A DNA stretch of 63,875 bases, counting the filler, from Corallochytrium limacisporum Hawaii (taxonomy: Eukaryota; Protista; Pluriformea), in the NCBI GenBank assembly GCA_002811645.1. It is 6 parts of 6 records of this genome, joined end to end, with 100 filler letters (N's around TTAATTAATTAA, not from the genome) between each part and the next. Parts side by side here need not be neighbours in the genome. Positions count along the whole stretch, not along the records: positions 1 to 24,732 come from PDIP01000140.1; 5 more parts are not named here. One strand, 5' to 3'. The position numbers and the translations under genes were made by a program. A model generated the notes under the pieces. The model searched no databases, was not told the origin of the DNA, and was given only the letters and a program-made list of their open reading frames with translations. Below are positions 1-11,000 of this stretch, in pieces. The number at the start of each line of letters is the position of its first letter. The first letter of the stretch is position 1.

Positions 1-2551
1 ACAACAAAACACGGCCCCCCCCCCCAACACACCCAAAAACACAGAGTCACGGGTTCGCCCGTGGTGCCGCCCAGGCTCCTGCGCGCAGCAAAACGCACGG
101 TTGCAAAAAAAAAAATATTAACATTTCTTTTGTCGTTGGAAGGGGGGGGGTTTCAAAGTGAAAACAATGGCGCATTAGTTGCCAGTAATGAACTGCGGAG
201 GTAGAGGTGGGGGAGGGGACAAGTGCGGCAGGAAAAGGCGCGGGGCTTGGGTTGGTACCGGTGGTAAAACGGACCGTTTTCCGGAGACATCGGCCTGCCC
301 CGCTTCCTTCCGGGGCCCACTTCCACGTCCCCCCCCGGCGGGGGGGGGGTTCAAGAGGAGTGTGCCCAGATCCCGCCGTGTTTGGAGTGTTCAGTGATCA
401 ACTAGAGGGATGGCACGTTACCCGCAAGGTCCGCCCTCCCCTTTTTTGGCGGTCGGTCGGCCCATGGTATGGTTGGCAGTGTGCTATAGAGGTGATTGCA
501 AGGATGAACTCTAGTGACTCCGGGTTTGGGGCTGTGATGATGACGGTGACAATGGAGATGATGGGTGACGATGATGCTAAATAGACGGATGCCTTGCTTT
601 AACTTGGGCCCATTTGTCTGCTGTTGATGCTCCTCTTCCCAGGTCTCCACACCCGCTGGTTCTGTCATGCTCTTGTCGTGCTCTGGGCCCTTTCGGTTAT
701 TCACGTGCTTGCTCTGCCCTGATGGCAATTCGGACCTTGATTTGCCAATGTCGCTGGACCCACTGAAACACGGGGAGCGCCAGGGAATTTGTCCACGGCC
801 CCGAGAAGCCGGGCAGGTGGATGTACTGTGCTCTGAACCCGTAAGACGAGAGGATTGCGCGATGACGCTTCCTGCTGATCGATCAATTGGGGTGATGGGT
901 ATCACCGAAAGCCTCCATCACCGGGGCCCCAGACCTCGAATGGTGGGACACGGGTCTACTACGGTGGCTTGGAAAGGCGCGTTACACAGGGGGTACCCCC
1001 TGCTACCGGGGCGACAATGCCCGGGAGCCTCCTGCTGAGGAAGTCGGGTGCTGTGGCGCAGAATAAGTCATGCCTACTGTCTTCGTAAGGCCAGATCTGA
1101 CCGGTCTTGAACTCTTTTGGACGCTTTGGACCTTTTGTCCTTTACCACGATTGTGTCGTCCTCGATTCGTCACCCCCAATTTCATGGAGGGTCGTCTCAC
1201 CTTGTGGTTGTGTGTCTCTAATCTCGGTGGCCCCTGCCGTTCCCACCCCCCCTCTTCCTTTCAGTGTACCCACCCAGAAACCGGAGGAGACCGGTTCAAT
1301 GGTGGGTGCCGAGGAAAAAACGAAGGAGTTTAAATAGGCCCCTGATCCACCACCGAAGGGACTGGGAGGGAGACCGGGCCTCGCGCTACCATCGACACAC
1401 AAACACACACGCACACCACCCAAAAAAGAAAAGGAAAAAGTGTAAAATGGAATTTTATTTTTTTGGGTTTATTTTCTCTCGGGGTCTCTCTTCTCTGTCC
1501 CGTCTTCTTCTCCCCTTACTTTTTTCCTCCCCAGCAATCCATCACCGGCCCACCCTCTCTCTCTTCTTTTGCTCCTGCGGCCAGAGCGGAAAGAAACCGG
1601 AGCGCAAGGGACAAGAAAGAAAAAGCCAGGTAAAAAAAAACCAACGAAAGTAGAGCGAGCGAGAGAGCAAAGAGAAACAGACGAAATCGTAAAACCACCC
1701 ACCGCCCCAAGTTTTTTTTAAGGTACAAAATGGCAAGGATATTGTAAGAATATTGAGTTAATTTACCACCACCACCACCACCACCGAACGACCGATCCGG
1801 CACCTTTCCCAAGTGCCCAACCACCCGCCCCTGGTCCCTACTCTCACACACACACACACACACACCTACACCTCTCCTTTGGCTGGACTGGACTGGACTG
1901 GGCTGGTCCTTTCTCTACTCTCCCTCTCTCTCTCTACTCTCTCCGGTTCCCCCATTCCCCTTCCCCCCCCCATTCCCCTTCTCCTCTTATGTCTCCCCTG
2001 TCCTCCACACCACTCGCGCGACCGTGCAACCACAACGCACACACCACCGGCCGGCCTCTCCCCCCCCACCCCTCTCCCGCCGGAGGCTGGCGGGAAAAGG
2101 GGAGCGAGACCGGAGCCCGAGACCGGCAGAGAGTGAGAGAGGAGAGTGTGTGACAGAGACCTATTCCCGCTCCCCATAACCCCACAAAGGCGAGAAGAGG
2201 AAAAAAAAATTGTGGAGAGGAAAATGGACCGGGGCAAGTAGAAAGGGGGAGGAAGGGAGGGGAGGGGAGAGCAAGAAACCCCCGTAGGAAAATCACTGGG
2301 TGGTGGCAGCACCTGGACCCGGTGCCGGGTCAATGTCCATTGTCTGATCGGTATGCGCTCCGGGCCGTGGTATTTCAGATTTTTCACATCCGACCCGTGT
2401 TATGATACTCTAGTACGGTTCATTAATCCTTAGGATTCAGTTCGCCTGTTTTGGTCTTCGGTTCGACAGGATGTTTGAAAGGATCCGTATGGTATGTAGA
2501 CAGCGTTTGGTACCATGGTGGGGTGGCGGTGTATGAGCGCTGGGTGACTCA

Positions 2552-4933
2552 ATGACTGACCAAGTCCGCAGGGAATGGGGATCCATAGGGATCAGTGATC
2601 CGTTCCAGAGCACAGACCAATTTCCCCTGAAGGATTTTGTCTGTCAAGGCCAATTGAAGGCCAGATGTGCAGACTTTGTGGTGCAAGAGTTCGATGCGGA
2701 GGGCAGCCGCTTGGCCAAGATCCTCTTCCCACACAATGGCGACATTCCGTGCGTTAGTAACCGAGAAATCATCTCCGTAGCTCGGACAGCATTGGCAGAG
2801 GCCAGCAACTTACAAAAATCCAAGGAAGTTGAGAAGCAGCTGCAGCAGTCTAAGGAATCGAACGAGAATGCCGCTCAGCAACGGACCCCGGAGGTAGTAC
2901 CCGACAGCGCAGCGGCCTTGACCTGGGATCGCATCGCTGCGGCTGTGGACAATGCACAGGCGGTTGAAGCTCTGCTTGCGGAGTTTTTTGTGGATCAGGC
3001 GCAACAGGGAGCACAAGAGATGGTCACGGTGCCACTGCAGACGGCCGAAGCAGTACCCGAGGTATCCCTGCGATGGCAACGCGATCCCGACAATCGAAGA
3101 AAGCTGACCGCACTCATTGCGATCGGTCCCTTCTTTCGGTGGCGGCCCTTCCAAATTAAAGACACACAGCCGCCCCGGTATGTGCTCCGTCCTTGTGAAA
3201 ATATTGCAGCAGCGTTTAAAGCGATCACAGTTCCTGATGAGCTCGGCGCTCTTGCAGCATACATTTGGCGATCCCAACCCGGGGTGCCGTTGGAGCTGGC
3301 TCTGACGGACAAACAGGTTTGTGAAGGCGTGTTGGTGGCCAGGGACGTCGAAGACCGAGAGATGAGGACAGCAGTACACCACATGATCCGTAAACAGTAC
3401 TCTAGCCTCGACACGCGTGCAATTCGTACCGAAGACGGCAAATCTGCCATCCGGATCACCCGCCGCGGGACGGCGGGAAGTAGTAGAGGAAAGAAGAAGC
3501 GAGGGCGCAACAGTGGTGCTCATGCAGATGGTCCGGTGCAATCGAAGCGGCAACGCAAGGACGAGGAACCAAAGGCATTTGTGGGGTTCACTGTGTGCAA
3601 GCGCGGCCTGGAACATTTTGCGGCGAGCCGCATCCTGGCAAGTGTCTTCGGTTTGAAGGCCAAGGATTTGACCTTTGCGGGGATCAAGGACAAGCGAGCG
3701 GTCACGGCCCAGTTTTGCGTGGTTAATGCGCGGACACTGATTGACGGTCTGGACCGGAGGAGAAGGCGCGGGGACAAGGGTGAGGATGCCGACGAGGACG
3801 TGAACCATCGAATTTGCCTACAAGTCCACCCCAAGGATTGCCGAGAAGAAGAGGAGAAGGAAGGAAATGCACTGTACGTCCACACCTTCGTCCCTGCTCC
3901 TAATGGACCACTATACCCGGGGGCAGCGGCGGGCAATGCCTTTCAGATTGTATTGCGGGAGATGATGATCGCGGAGCAAGGAAATCGTACCAATCTTGAA
4001 GGCTACATTCAGAGGAGACTGGCAAAGCATGGTGAGAAGAAGATCTTTCCGTTTATCAATTTCTATGGCTGGCAGCGCTTTGGCAAGCAAACTCCCGAGA
4101 CGGATCGCTGTAGTGCGGTGGAAGCCGGCCTGGCAGCACTGCGGGGTGACTTTCAGCAATGCTTGGAAATCCAATTAAGCCCGGCGAACGCTTCACCGAC
4201 CGATCCAAAGCTGCAGAAGGCCCTGTGCACACTGCGGGACAGCCACAACCCCAAGCTCGCCGCGAAACAGTGCCCGCCGTCGGCGAAGCGGGAGCACTCT
4301 TTGCTGTGCGCCCTGAACCGCCTGCACGGCCCACTGAACAATGGGGGACAGATGCGCATGGACAATGATCTGGCGTGCCAGGTACTCAAGGAAGGCATGG
4401 ACTACCATATGCGAACACTCATGCTGCACTCAGCCAGTGGGTATCTGTGGAACCGGGCGAGCAGCGAACGGATGAAGGGGCCGACAGATTCAACAATGGA
4501 CGGTGACGCCAAGAGTGGAACGGATCCTTGGTTGCTCCGGGGAGATGCAGATGATCACAAGGGCCAGAAGCTGGTCCTGCGTCAGGGTACGGTGAGCTCC
4601 ATGCCTCTGTTGCAAGTGACCATGCCCATGATAGGACATTCCGTTATCCTTCCGGATCACTCAAGCGCAAACTTTATGACCTATGCCAGCGTCTTGCAGA
4701 ATGAAGGCCTTCAGTGGCCACTGCCAGAGGCGCGGTCCCGACCGCTCGAGGTGAACCTTCCGGGAGCGCATAGGCAGTTGGTCGCACTCGCCACCGGCAT
4801 GGACATCACTGTGGTAGCGACGAACCAGATCCGGCTCTCGTTTTGTCTGCCAAGCGGTTGCTACGCCACCATGGTCCTCCGGGAATTGTTCGGCCCGTGG
4901 TTCGAGGGTGCTAGCATGCTTGGTGACGACTGA
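2552..4933 (+). CDS. PUS7: TruD-family pseudouridine synthase (PUS7/PUS7L-like)
   Basis: 793-aa ORF with TruD motifs: G.LK.R..DFVVQE, FAGIKDKRAVTAQ (catalytic Asp), GNAFQIVLR, FINFYGWQRFG and C-terminal LSFCLPSGCYATMVLREL. Confidence 0.93.
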   Translation: MTDQVRREWGSIGISDPFQSTDQFPLKDFVCQGQLKARCADFVVQEFDAEGSRLAKILFPHNGDIPCVSNREIISVARTALAEASNLQKSKEVEKQLQQSKESNENAAQQRTPEVVPDSAAALTWDRIAAAVDNAQAVEALLAEFFVDQAQQGAQEMVTVPLQTAEAVPEVSLRWQRDPDNRRKLTALIAIGPFFRWRPFQIKDTQPPRYVLRPCENIAAAFKAITVPDELGALAAYIWRSQPGVPLELALTDKQVCEGVLVARDVEDREMRTAVHHMIRKQYSSLDTRAIRTEDGKSAIRITRRGTAGSSRGKKKRGRNSGAHADGPVQSKRQRKDEEPKAFVGFTVCKRGLEHFAASRILASVFGLKAKDLTFAGIKDKRAVTAQFCVVNARTLIDGLDRRRRRGDKGEDADEDVNHRICLQVHPKDCREEEEKEGNALYVHTFVPAPNGPLYPGAAAGNAFQIVLREMMIAEQGNRTNLEGYIQRRLAKHGEKKIFPFINFYGWQRFGKQTPETDRCSAVEAGLAALRGDFQQCLEIQLSPANASPTDPKLQKALCTLRDSHNPKLAAKQCPPSAKREHSLLCALNRLHGPLNNGGQMRMDNDLACQVLKEGMDYHMRTLMLHSASGYLWNRASSERMKGPTDSTMDGDAKSGTDPWLLRGDADDHKGQKLVLRQGTVSSMPLLQVTMPMIGHSVILPDHSSANFMTYASVLQNEGLQWPLPEARSRPLEVNLPGAHRQLVALATGMDITVVATNQIRLSFCLPSGCYATMVLRELFGPWFEGASMLGDD

Positions 4934-5226
4934 CGAGATGAGAGAATAGGAGGATCACACAGCAAGGGAGAAGAAGGTTAAGAACCCCGCCCCCCAAACT
5001 CAAATAATCAAAACTTTAGCAACGATGTGCAAAATATGTGTAATTGTTGAAAAGTGGCGAAAAAACGAACTTGGGAGATCGGAAGCATGACTCCTTTTGA
5101 AGTTCCTTTGCAGCAGCTTTTGATCGGCTGTTGTTGGCAGCCTCGAGCAACGCGGGATAACTTCTCGGGGAGGATGTATGTCTGTGAACAGTGGATTTGG
5201 AGAGTTTTTGTTTTGGACGGAGCCGT

Positions 5227-7053
5227 CTACTCCACACCACCAGCAGCAATCAAGGCCTTGGCATCATCGTAGTAGCCGAAGGCCCGTTCCCGGAATCCAT
5301 CCTTGCTCTTGATTGTCATCAAGTTCATGACGTCGTCGTTTAGCTTACCTTCCTTGATCAAACTCACGAATTCATTACGCACCTTCTCCCAGGCCCGCTG
5401 CTGGAATGCAATGCGCTCCTGACCAGTGCAAATGGTGAATCCCCAGCGCAACAGTACAAAGGTCATGTCGTCCATCTCATCAATGGACTTGATGCGTCCG
5501 GGTGCCACCATGGTCGACGTCCGTCCTTCCATAAGCATACCGGTACCATCGCGACGCTTCATAAAGGCAATGGCCTGCCATGAGCCCGAAGTGTAAATGT
5601 TGTAACTGGCAATTAGTATGCGGTGGTCCACAAATTCGGTGGGCATACCATGCGTGTCTGTGACATAGTCGACGGCGTTCTTGCCCACTGCAGCCTGCCG
5701 GGGCCATCCTGTGACAATCTCCCACATGGGATCCACAAAGATGCAGTAGTGGTCCGTGCGGTAAATCTCCACCGTCATGATGCTGGACAGAGGCATAGCC
5801 CTCGGTCCTTCGTTGGAAGTGAGGATGCTGGAGCCCAGTGCCGTGCCGGGAAGCTCAATATTCATGTCACGGCTGCGACGGCGAACCATGGTAGATGGTC
5901 CCTGGGGTCCCACCGTGCGCTGATCGTCAAACTGGGCCTTGAGCTGCGCAATCTCGCGCTTCAGAGCCACGTTCTCCCGCCGTAGACCCGGCATCTCCTG
6001 CACCTCGCTCTGCAGCTGTCCCATGTACTCGGTGGCTTTCTGCACAATCTGTGCCTTTGTGATGGTATTGTTCTTCTTGATGGTCGGGATCATATGCTTC
6101 AGCTCCTTCAGCGCGTCATTGAGCTTCTGCCGACTGCGGGCTTCGATGACTTGGCGATTCTCGCCCACGCGGCCACCGACCGCAGCACGCTGGTTCGGCT
6201 TCATGGCATGGCGACCCTTTGATCCGCTGGCAGTGGATTGCTGGCTCAGACCTTCGACCTGACTCCTGCTCTCCTTCGACGAGTGGCTGCGGTCCGTCTC
6301 CATTGCTCCAACGGAACGCGGACTCGCGCCGTCAAAGTCTTCGTCATCGCCGTTCATGTCGTTCATGTCATTGCCGGCCGACGTGGACATACCGCCCAGT
6401 TCCGGCCCCTCGTAGCTCATCACAGGTAGATTCATGCGGTAAAAGAAGTTATCAACTTTCTCCTCTTCAAGTTGCATGTTGCTGTTGCCCTGACCAAGGC
6501 CACCAAACTTTGCCTTGTTCTGGTCCGCACCTCCCTGACCCGGGCCGGCGCCATTGGCACCGCTGGCGGCAGCGGCAAAGGCAGCGGCGAGGCCACCGCC
6601 ACCGGGTGCGCCGCCCTCACCGGGGGCACCTCCCTGCTGTTGCGCCCTGCCGCCAGTCAGTTCGAAGATTGAGTCAAAGTTGGCGAGGCCACTGTTCTGG
6701 AAGTCGCGGCGTACCTGCAGAGAGTTCTTGACCAGTGCGCTGTACTGTCCGTAGTCAATGTCCGGGTTGGGCACGTGAGTGCCTCCGGGACTGACCTGAC
6801 CCGGGGCGGCCAATTCGTTCATGTTGGCGCCGTCCAGGGACACGGTCACGACATTGGCCACATTGAGCTGGTCGATGGATTCCATGTCCTCGCCCTGCTC
6901 GTTGAAGAGACGAATGCCGTCGGGCGTGTCTGCACCGAACGTCTCAGCGGCACGTTTCTTCACGTCGTCAATCGAGAAACCAGGTTCAAGGGCAACCATT
7001 TGGGCCTGCTTGATGTCAAGCAGGCCGTTGTTCGGATACAGGAAAATGTACAT
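5227..7053 (-). CDS. Transcription factor: N-terminal ubiquitin-like (KHA/DCX-type) domain + bHLH-leucine zipper + C-terminal PAS/PAC domain
   Basis: 608-aa ORF. bHLH RQVIEARSRQKLNDALKELKHMIP...TKAQIVQKATEYMGQL, then zipper LRRENVA-LKREIAQ-LKAQF. PAS-like CIFVDPMWEIVTGWPRQAAVGKN...W...KRRDG. The first ~75 aa resemble a beta-grasp KHA-type module. Confidence 0.85.
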   Translation of the reverse strand: MYIFLYPNNGLLDIKQAQMVALEPGFSIDDVKKRAAETFGADTPDGIRLFNEQGEDMESIDQLNVANVVTVSLDGANMNELAAPGQVSPGGTHVPNPDIDYGQYSALVKNSLQVRRDFQNSGLANFDSIFELTGGRAQQQGGAPGEGGAPGGGGLAAAFAAAASGANGAGPGQGGADQNKAKFGGLGQGNSNMQLEEEKVDNFFYRMNLPVMSYEGPELGGMSTSAGNDMNDMNGDDEDFDGASPRSVGAMETDRSHSSKESRSQVEGLSQQSTASGSKGRHAMKPNQRAAVGGRVGENRQVIEARSRQKLNDALKELKHMIPTIKKNNTITKAQIVQKATEYMGQLQSEVQEMPGLRRENVALKREIAQLKAQFDDQRTVGPQGPSTMVRRRSRDMNIELPGTALGSSILTSNEGPRAMPLSSIMTVEIYRTDHYCIFVDPMWEIVTGWPRQAAVGKNAVDYVTDTHGMPTEFVDHRILIASYNIYTSGSWQAIAFMKRRDGTGMLMEGRTSTMVAPGRIKSIDEMDDMTFVLLRWGFTICTGQERIAFQQRAWEKVRNEFVSLIKEGKLNDDVMNLMTIKSKDGFRERAFGYYDDAKALIAAGGVE

Positions 7054-8032
7054 AGTTGCGGGAGTGTTCTGGAAAAATAAGTTTGTCGCTTTGCTCTGTA
7101 AAGTGATGTGTTTGGGACTGCGTGGCTATTTTCAAACCCGCTGCGTCACGATATTCGTTTTGAGTTTTTGGTCTGAGATCGATTCTACTGCTTCACAACT
7201 TTTGCAACAGTCACTGTGCCATAGTGGTAAAACAAGATCCCGTCTCCTTTTCGTGTTCGCGATTCGGTTTCGTTTTCTTTAGCGCGGTGTTTCCCTTCTT
7301 GTTCCTTGGGTTTTGTCCGAAGCAATACCCCCAATGCCAATTGAATTAATTGGGCTTCTGAAGATAGACTGTACATTCCACAGAACCACAAGATACGTAA
7401 CATGTAGTCTGCGAAATACCTTTATTTTCGGATCGGAAACAAAAGCCAAGCATTCGCGACCAAAAATAAATAAATAAAAAGGACCCTGGTGTCATGCACA
7501 CTCGTAGTTTTGAAGGACACCACACCAATGTTTTATTTTTGTCCCAAACCCATTTTGACTTCAGAGTGTCGAAGAGCAAGAACTGCTTGTGTTGCTCAAA
7601 CAAAAAACTTTTTTGTTCCAACGAAAGGTAATAAAACCGGGCGTCACATGACTCCTGACTTTAGAGACAGGTACACAACAAACCCGAACCCGAGAAAAAA
7701 TTAGTGAGAGGAGGCGCAAAACGAAGGAACTGAGACCACCACCACACACACAGAGCAGAAAAAGGGAGAGAGAGAGTGAGAGACAGTGAGAGAGAGAGAG
7801 TGTGTGAGGGAGAGAGAGAGAGAGACAGGCAGTGTGTGTGTGTGTGTGTGAGGCGCGCTCTCTCTCGCTCTCTATGCTTTTTTTTTCTCATTTCCTTTTT
7901 TTCTTCTTCTTCTTCTTCTGTTCTTCTCGACTTTCTCTCTCTTTTTCCTTCGTGCAGGACCGGCCGCCCGACGGTTAAAAAAAACGAGAAAAAAAAGGAA
8001 TGCGAAGCAGGCCAGCTCAGAGCAGCAGCCAA

Positions 8033-8033
8033 G

Positions 8034-8071
<38 letters not shown>
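8033..8071. repeat. (CCAG)n tetranucleotide microsatellite
   Basis: gcagccagccagccagcc... run seen directly. Confidence 0.9.
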
Positions 8072-11000
8072 CAAAGGAGAGAAGAGGGAGCGAGAGAGCG
8101 AGGAAGAGTTTTAGAGTACTTGCAAACCCCGGAACGAAAAACTTTTTTCTCCCTCCCTCCCGGTCTCTTCGGGGCGCCTGTGTTTCTCTTTTCTTTCTTT
8201 CTTTTATTTGCTCGCGAGTATTTTTAACCTGCGTTTTTCCTCTTTGTCACTGCCCCCCCCCCCCGGGGCCCCCTCTCTCTCTCTCTTTCTCTGTGTTTGT
8301 TTCTCGGCAGCCCGTCACCAGCACCGTTGCTGCTCATCCCCCCCCCCCTTCCTTCCTTGCTCCCGCCACCCGCGCAGGGTTTCGCGCCCCGGGTGTCTGG
8401 GGGGGGGAGAGGGTGTGAGTGTCCGTGTCCCCCCCTCTCTCTCTCCTTTCTCTTTGTATTTTTTTTCTTTGTGTGTGTGTGTTTCAGGGCTCCTCCCTCC
8501 TCCACGGTCGTGGTCAGAGAAGAAAGAGAGAGAGAGAGCGAGCGAGCGAGAGTTACGCGAATACACACACCACTCCTTTCCGAATATAAAGTTCTTCCAG
8601 TTTCTCTCTGCATTTAGTCAAAATATCTCCAAAAGGATAAAAAAGGATAAGAAAAAAACAATTAAGAGAGAGAGAGAGAGAGGTCTCTCTCCCACTCTCT
8701 CCCCCCCCCAACTCCCTTCTCCTCCCATTTTCTGTTTCCTTTAGATTTTACTACCGATATACGCAGGACCGTGACCTTACACAGTATTTTACTACCTATT
8801 TTTTTCCAATTGTTCATTTTTCTTTTTTAACGCAACCCCCCCCTCCGCCCCGGTGTTCTCTCCCCTCCTTCCCGCCTTCCCCCTTTGCGCGCGCTCTCTG
8901 TCTCCCTCCCCCTTCTGCTCTCTCGCTCGCTGCTTTTGTTTTTTTTTTTTAGTTCGCTTTTCTTCGCGGGGTCTTGTGGTAGGGCTTATACTACTAGCCC
9001 CAGCAGGGAAGAGAGAGGGAGCGCGGGGAAGAGGTAGGTGTGGGGGGGGGGAGAGGGCAGGAGCCCGCAATGTCAAAAAAGTACCGCCGCTGACGTGTAT
9101 GATGGACTCTTGCACAGCATGGCGAATAAGCGCAGCGCGGGCAAAGGAAATGATGAAGGACATACGTACGTACGTACGCGTGTGTGTGAGTGATGAACAG
9201 ACAGCGGTGGAGGGAAGCAGATGACAAGGAGCGGCGGAGAGGAAGACGAAGAGCCATAGGGAGGGGGAAGCAGGAGGAGGAGGACAAGGGGATACACACA
9301 GAACAAAGGAAAACTAGCAAGAAAAAGAGAGAGAGAGAGAGAGGGAGGGAGGGAGCTCGAGCGACATTTGGTGATGTGTTTAAAAAAGTGGAGTGGTGTT
9401 CGCATAGGTGGAAATAGCCACAGAATCTTTCGTTTTGATTTGATCTGAGTTTCCTTCGGTAGCTTGCAAAAAAGTGGTTCCGTCGCTCTCAGTGGACTAC
9501 TTCCTTCGTCTCGAATGTGTGTAGTCGCGTGTTTCGTGCGTGTATTGGTGCGGCAGGAATGTCAAAACATTGAAGTTCCCTATAACAAATCAGGAGGTGT
9601 ATGAATGCGCAGAGCAAACAGAAATTCCACCGACGATGAACCAAAAATAAAACCAAATTACGAAAGGAAACCAAGAAAATTCGGAAATTCTGTATCAGTG
9701 TACGATAATAAAATGCGGAAGGCGGAAAAGTTTGGTAGCGTAACACTCCTCCTGGTCATGCACACTTGAGTATAGATATGGAAGGGGCCTTTTGACACCT
9801 TTTCTTCCGTACCGTCCGTTATCGGGATTATTCGTGCAGTTGGGGTGTGAGCGTGAGTGTGAGTGAGTGTATGCGTTGGGGCGGTGGCAGGACCCCTCAG
9901 TGACCGTCCGATTGGGGTCAGGTGCTGAAATATGTCCTGTTTCTTCGTGCATTCGCTCACCTTAGTTTGTCCCCGGACCCCGTGTCAGATATACAAGAGT
10001 CATGGGCGTGTACGTTCGACGACCCGACAAAGGCGTTTAGGGTCGCACAGAGATGCGGAGTCCGTTCGCCGTGTTCCTGTGCGTGTGTGTGGAAGGGGGG
10101 GAGGGAATGCAGGTGGTGGCAGAGGAGGAGGGGGGGATAGCCGTGTTGGATGTGAATGTGTGTGTGTGTGTGTGTGGAGATCTTGTGATGATGGATTGAT
10201 TTGATGACGATGTCGACGAAACTTTAACACCGAAGCCGCCATCCGATCAGTAAGGAAGAAGGCCCATCCCCCCTTCACACCCCACTGGTCCTTTCCAGAC
10301 ACGAAGATACACATTACCCACACACCCCCTCTCTCTTTTGCTCTCTTGGTCTGTGTCAGGGTGCCTTGCCGAATATTGCTTTTTTTTTGGTTCGCTAGCT
10401 TCCACCGCCAAGACGCTCGTCCTCCCCCCTCCCACAGCCTGCGCACCTAACCACAATGCGACGCTCATAAAAAAATTGCAAACAAATGTTTGTACAACAA
10501 CACCCACCACTACTTCGAAAATGTCCGCAACAAATATTCGTCGATGTGGCAATTTTAAGTTGTAGGGATGGATTCGGGGGAGAAGGGGGGGGAGGGAGGG
10601 GAGATGGGTGTAGGGACATACCCGGAATACGAGAGAAAAACCGAAGAACCAAAGGGCCATCGATCCAAATCAAGAAGAGACAGCCCGTTCCAAACAAAAG
10701 GGGAGGGGGTTGTGGTGTGGTCCCGCCAACACGTCCCTCCCTTTAAACCCCCCAAGGGGTCCCCCGCGACACCCTCCCTCCCCCCCGTTCCCTTCTGTTT
10801 GGCCCTGACCTGGCATGTGTCTGTGTATGTGTGTGTGTGTGTGTGTCTATGTCCAACACTAAAGGGGGAGGGGCTGTCTTGTGTCTATATTGTTGTTATT
10901 TCCTTGTTGTTTCGTTCCTTACCATATGTTTTTCCTTCGGGACAACAACTTGGCAGACATCTGACGACCAAGCCCCAAAATGCAAAATCTAAGGAGGCAG

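Noticed and set aside
179-1423. Overlapping 60-170 aa ORFs at the window start
   Set aside because: No recognisable domain or consistent coding frame; probably intergenic or UTR of an off-window gene.
2810-3808. 332-aa antisense ORF within PUS7, and similar shadow ORFs in cofilin, MRG15, ArfGAP and the kinase
   Set aside because: Antisense or alternate-frame shadows of real genes.
5660-5740. PAS domain as a blue-light LOV sensor
   Set aside because: The sequence is GKNAVDYV, lacking the GxNCRFLQ cysteine motif.
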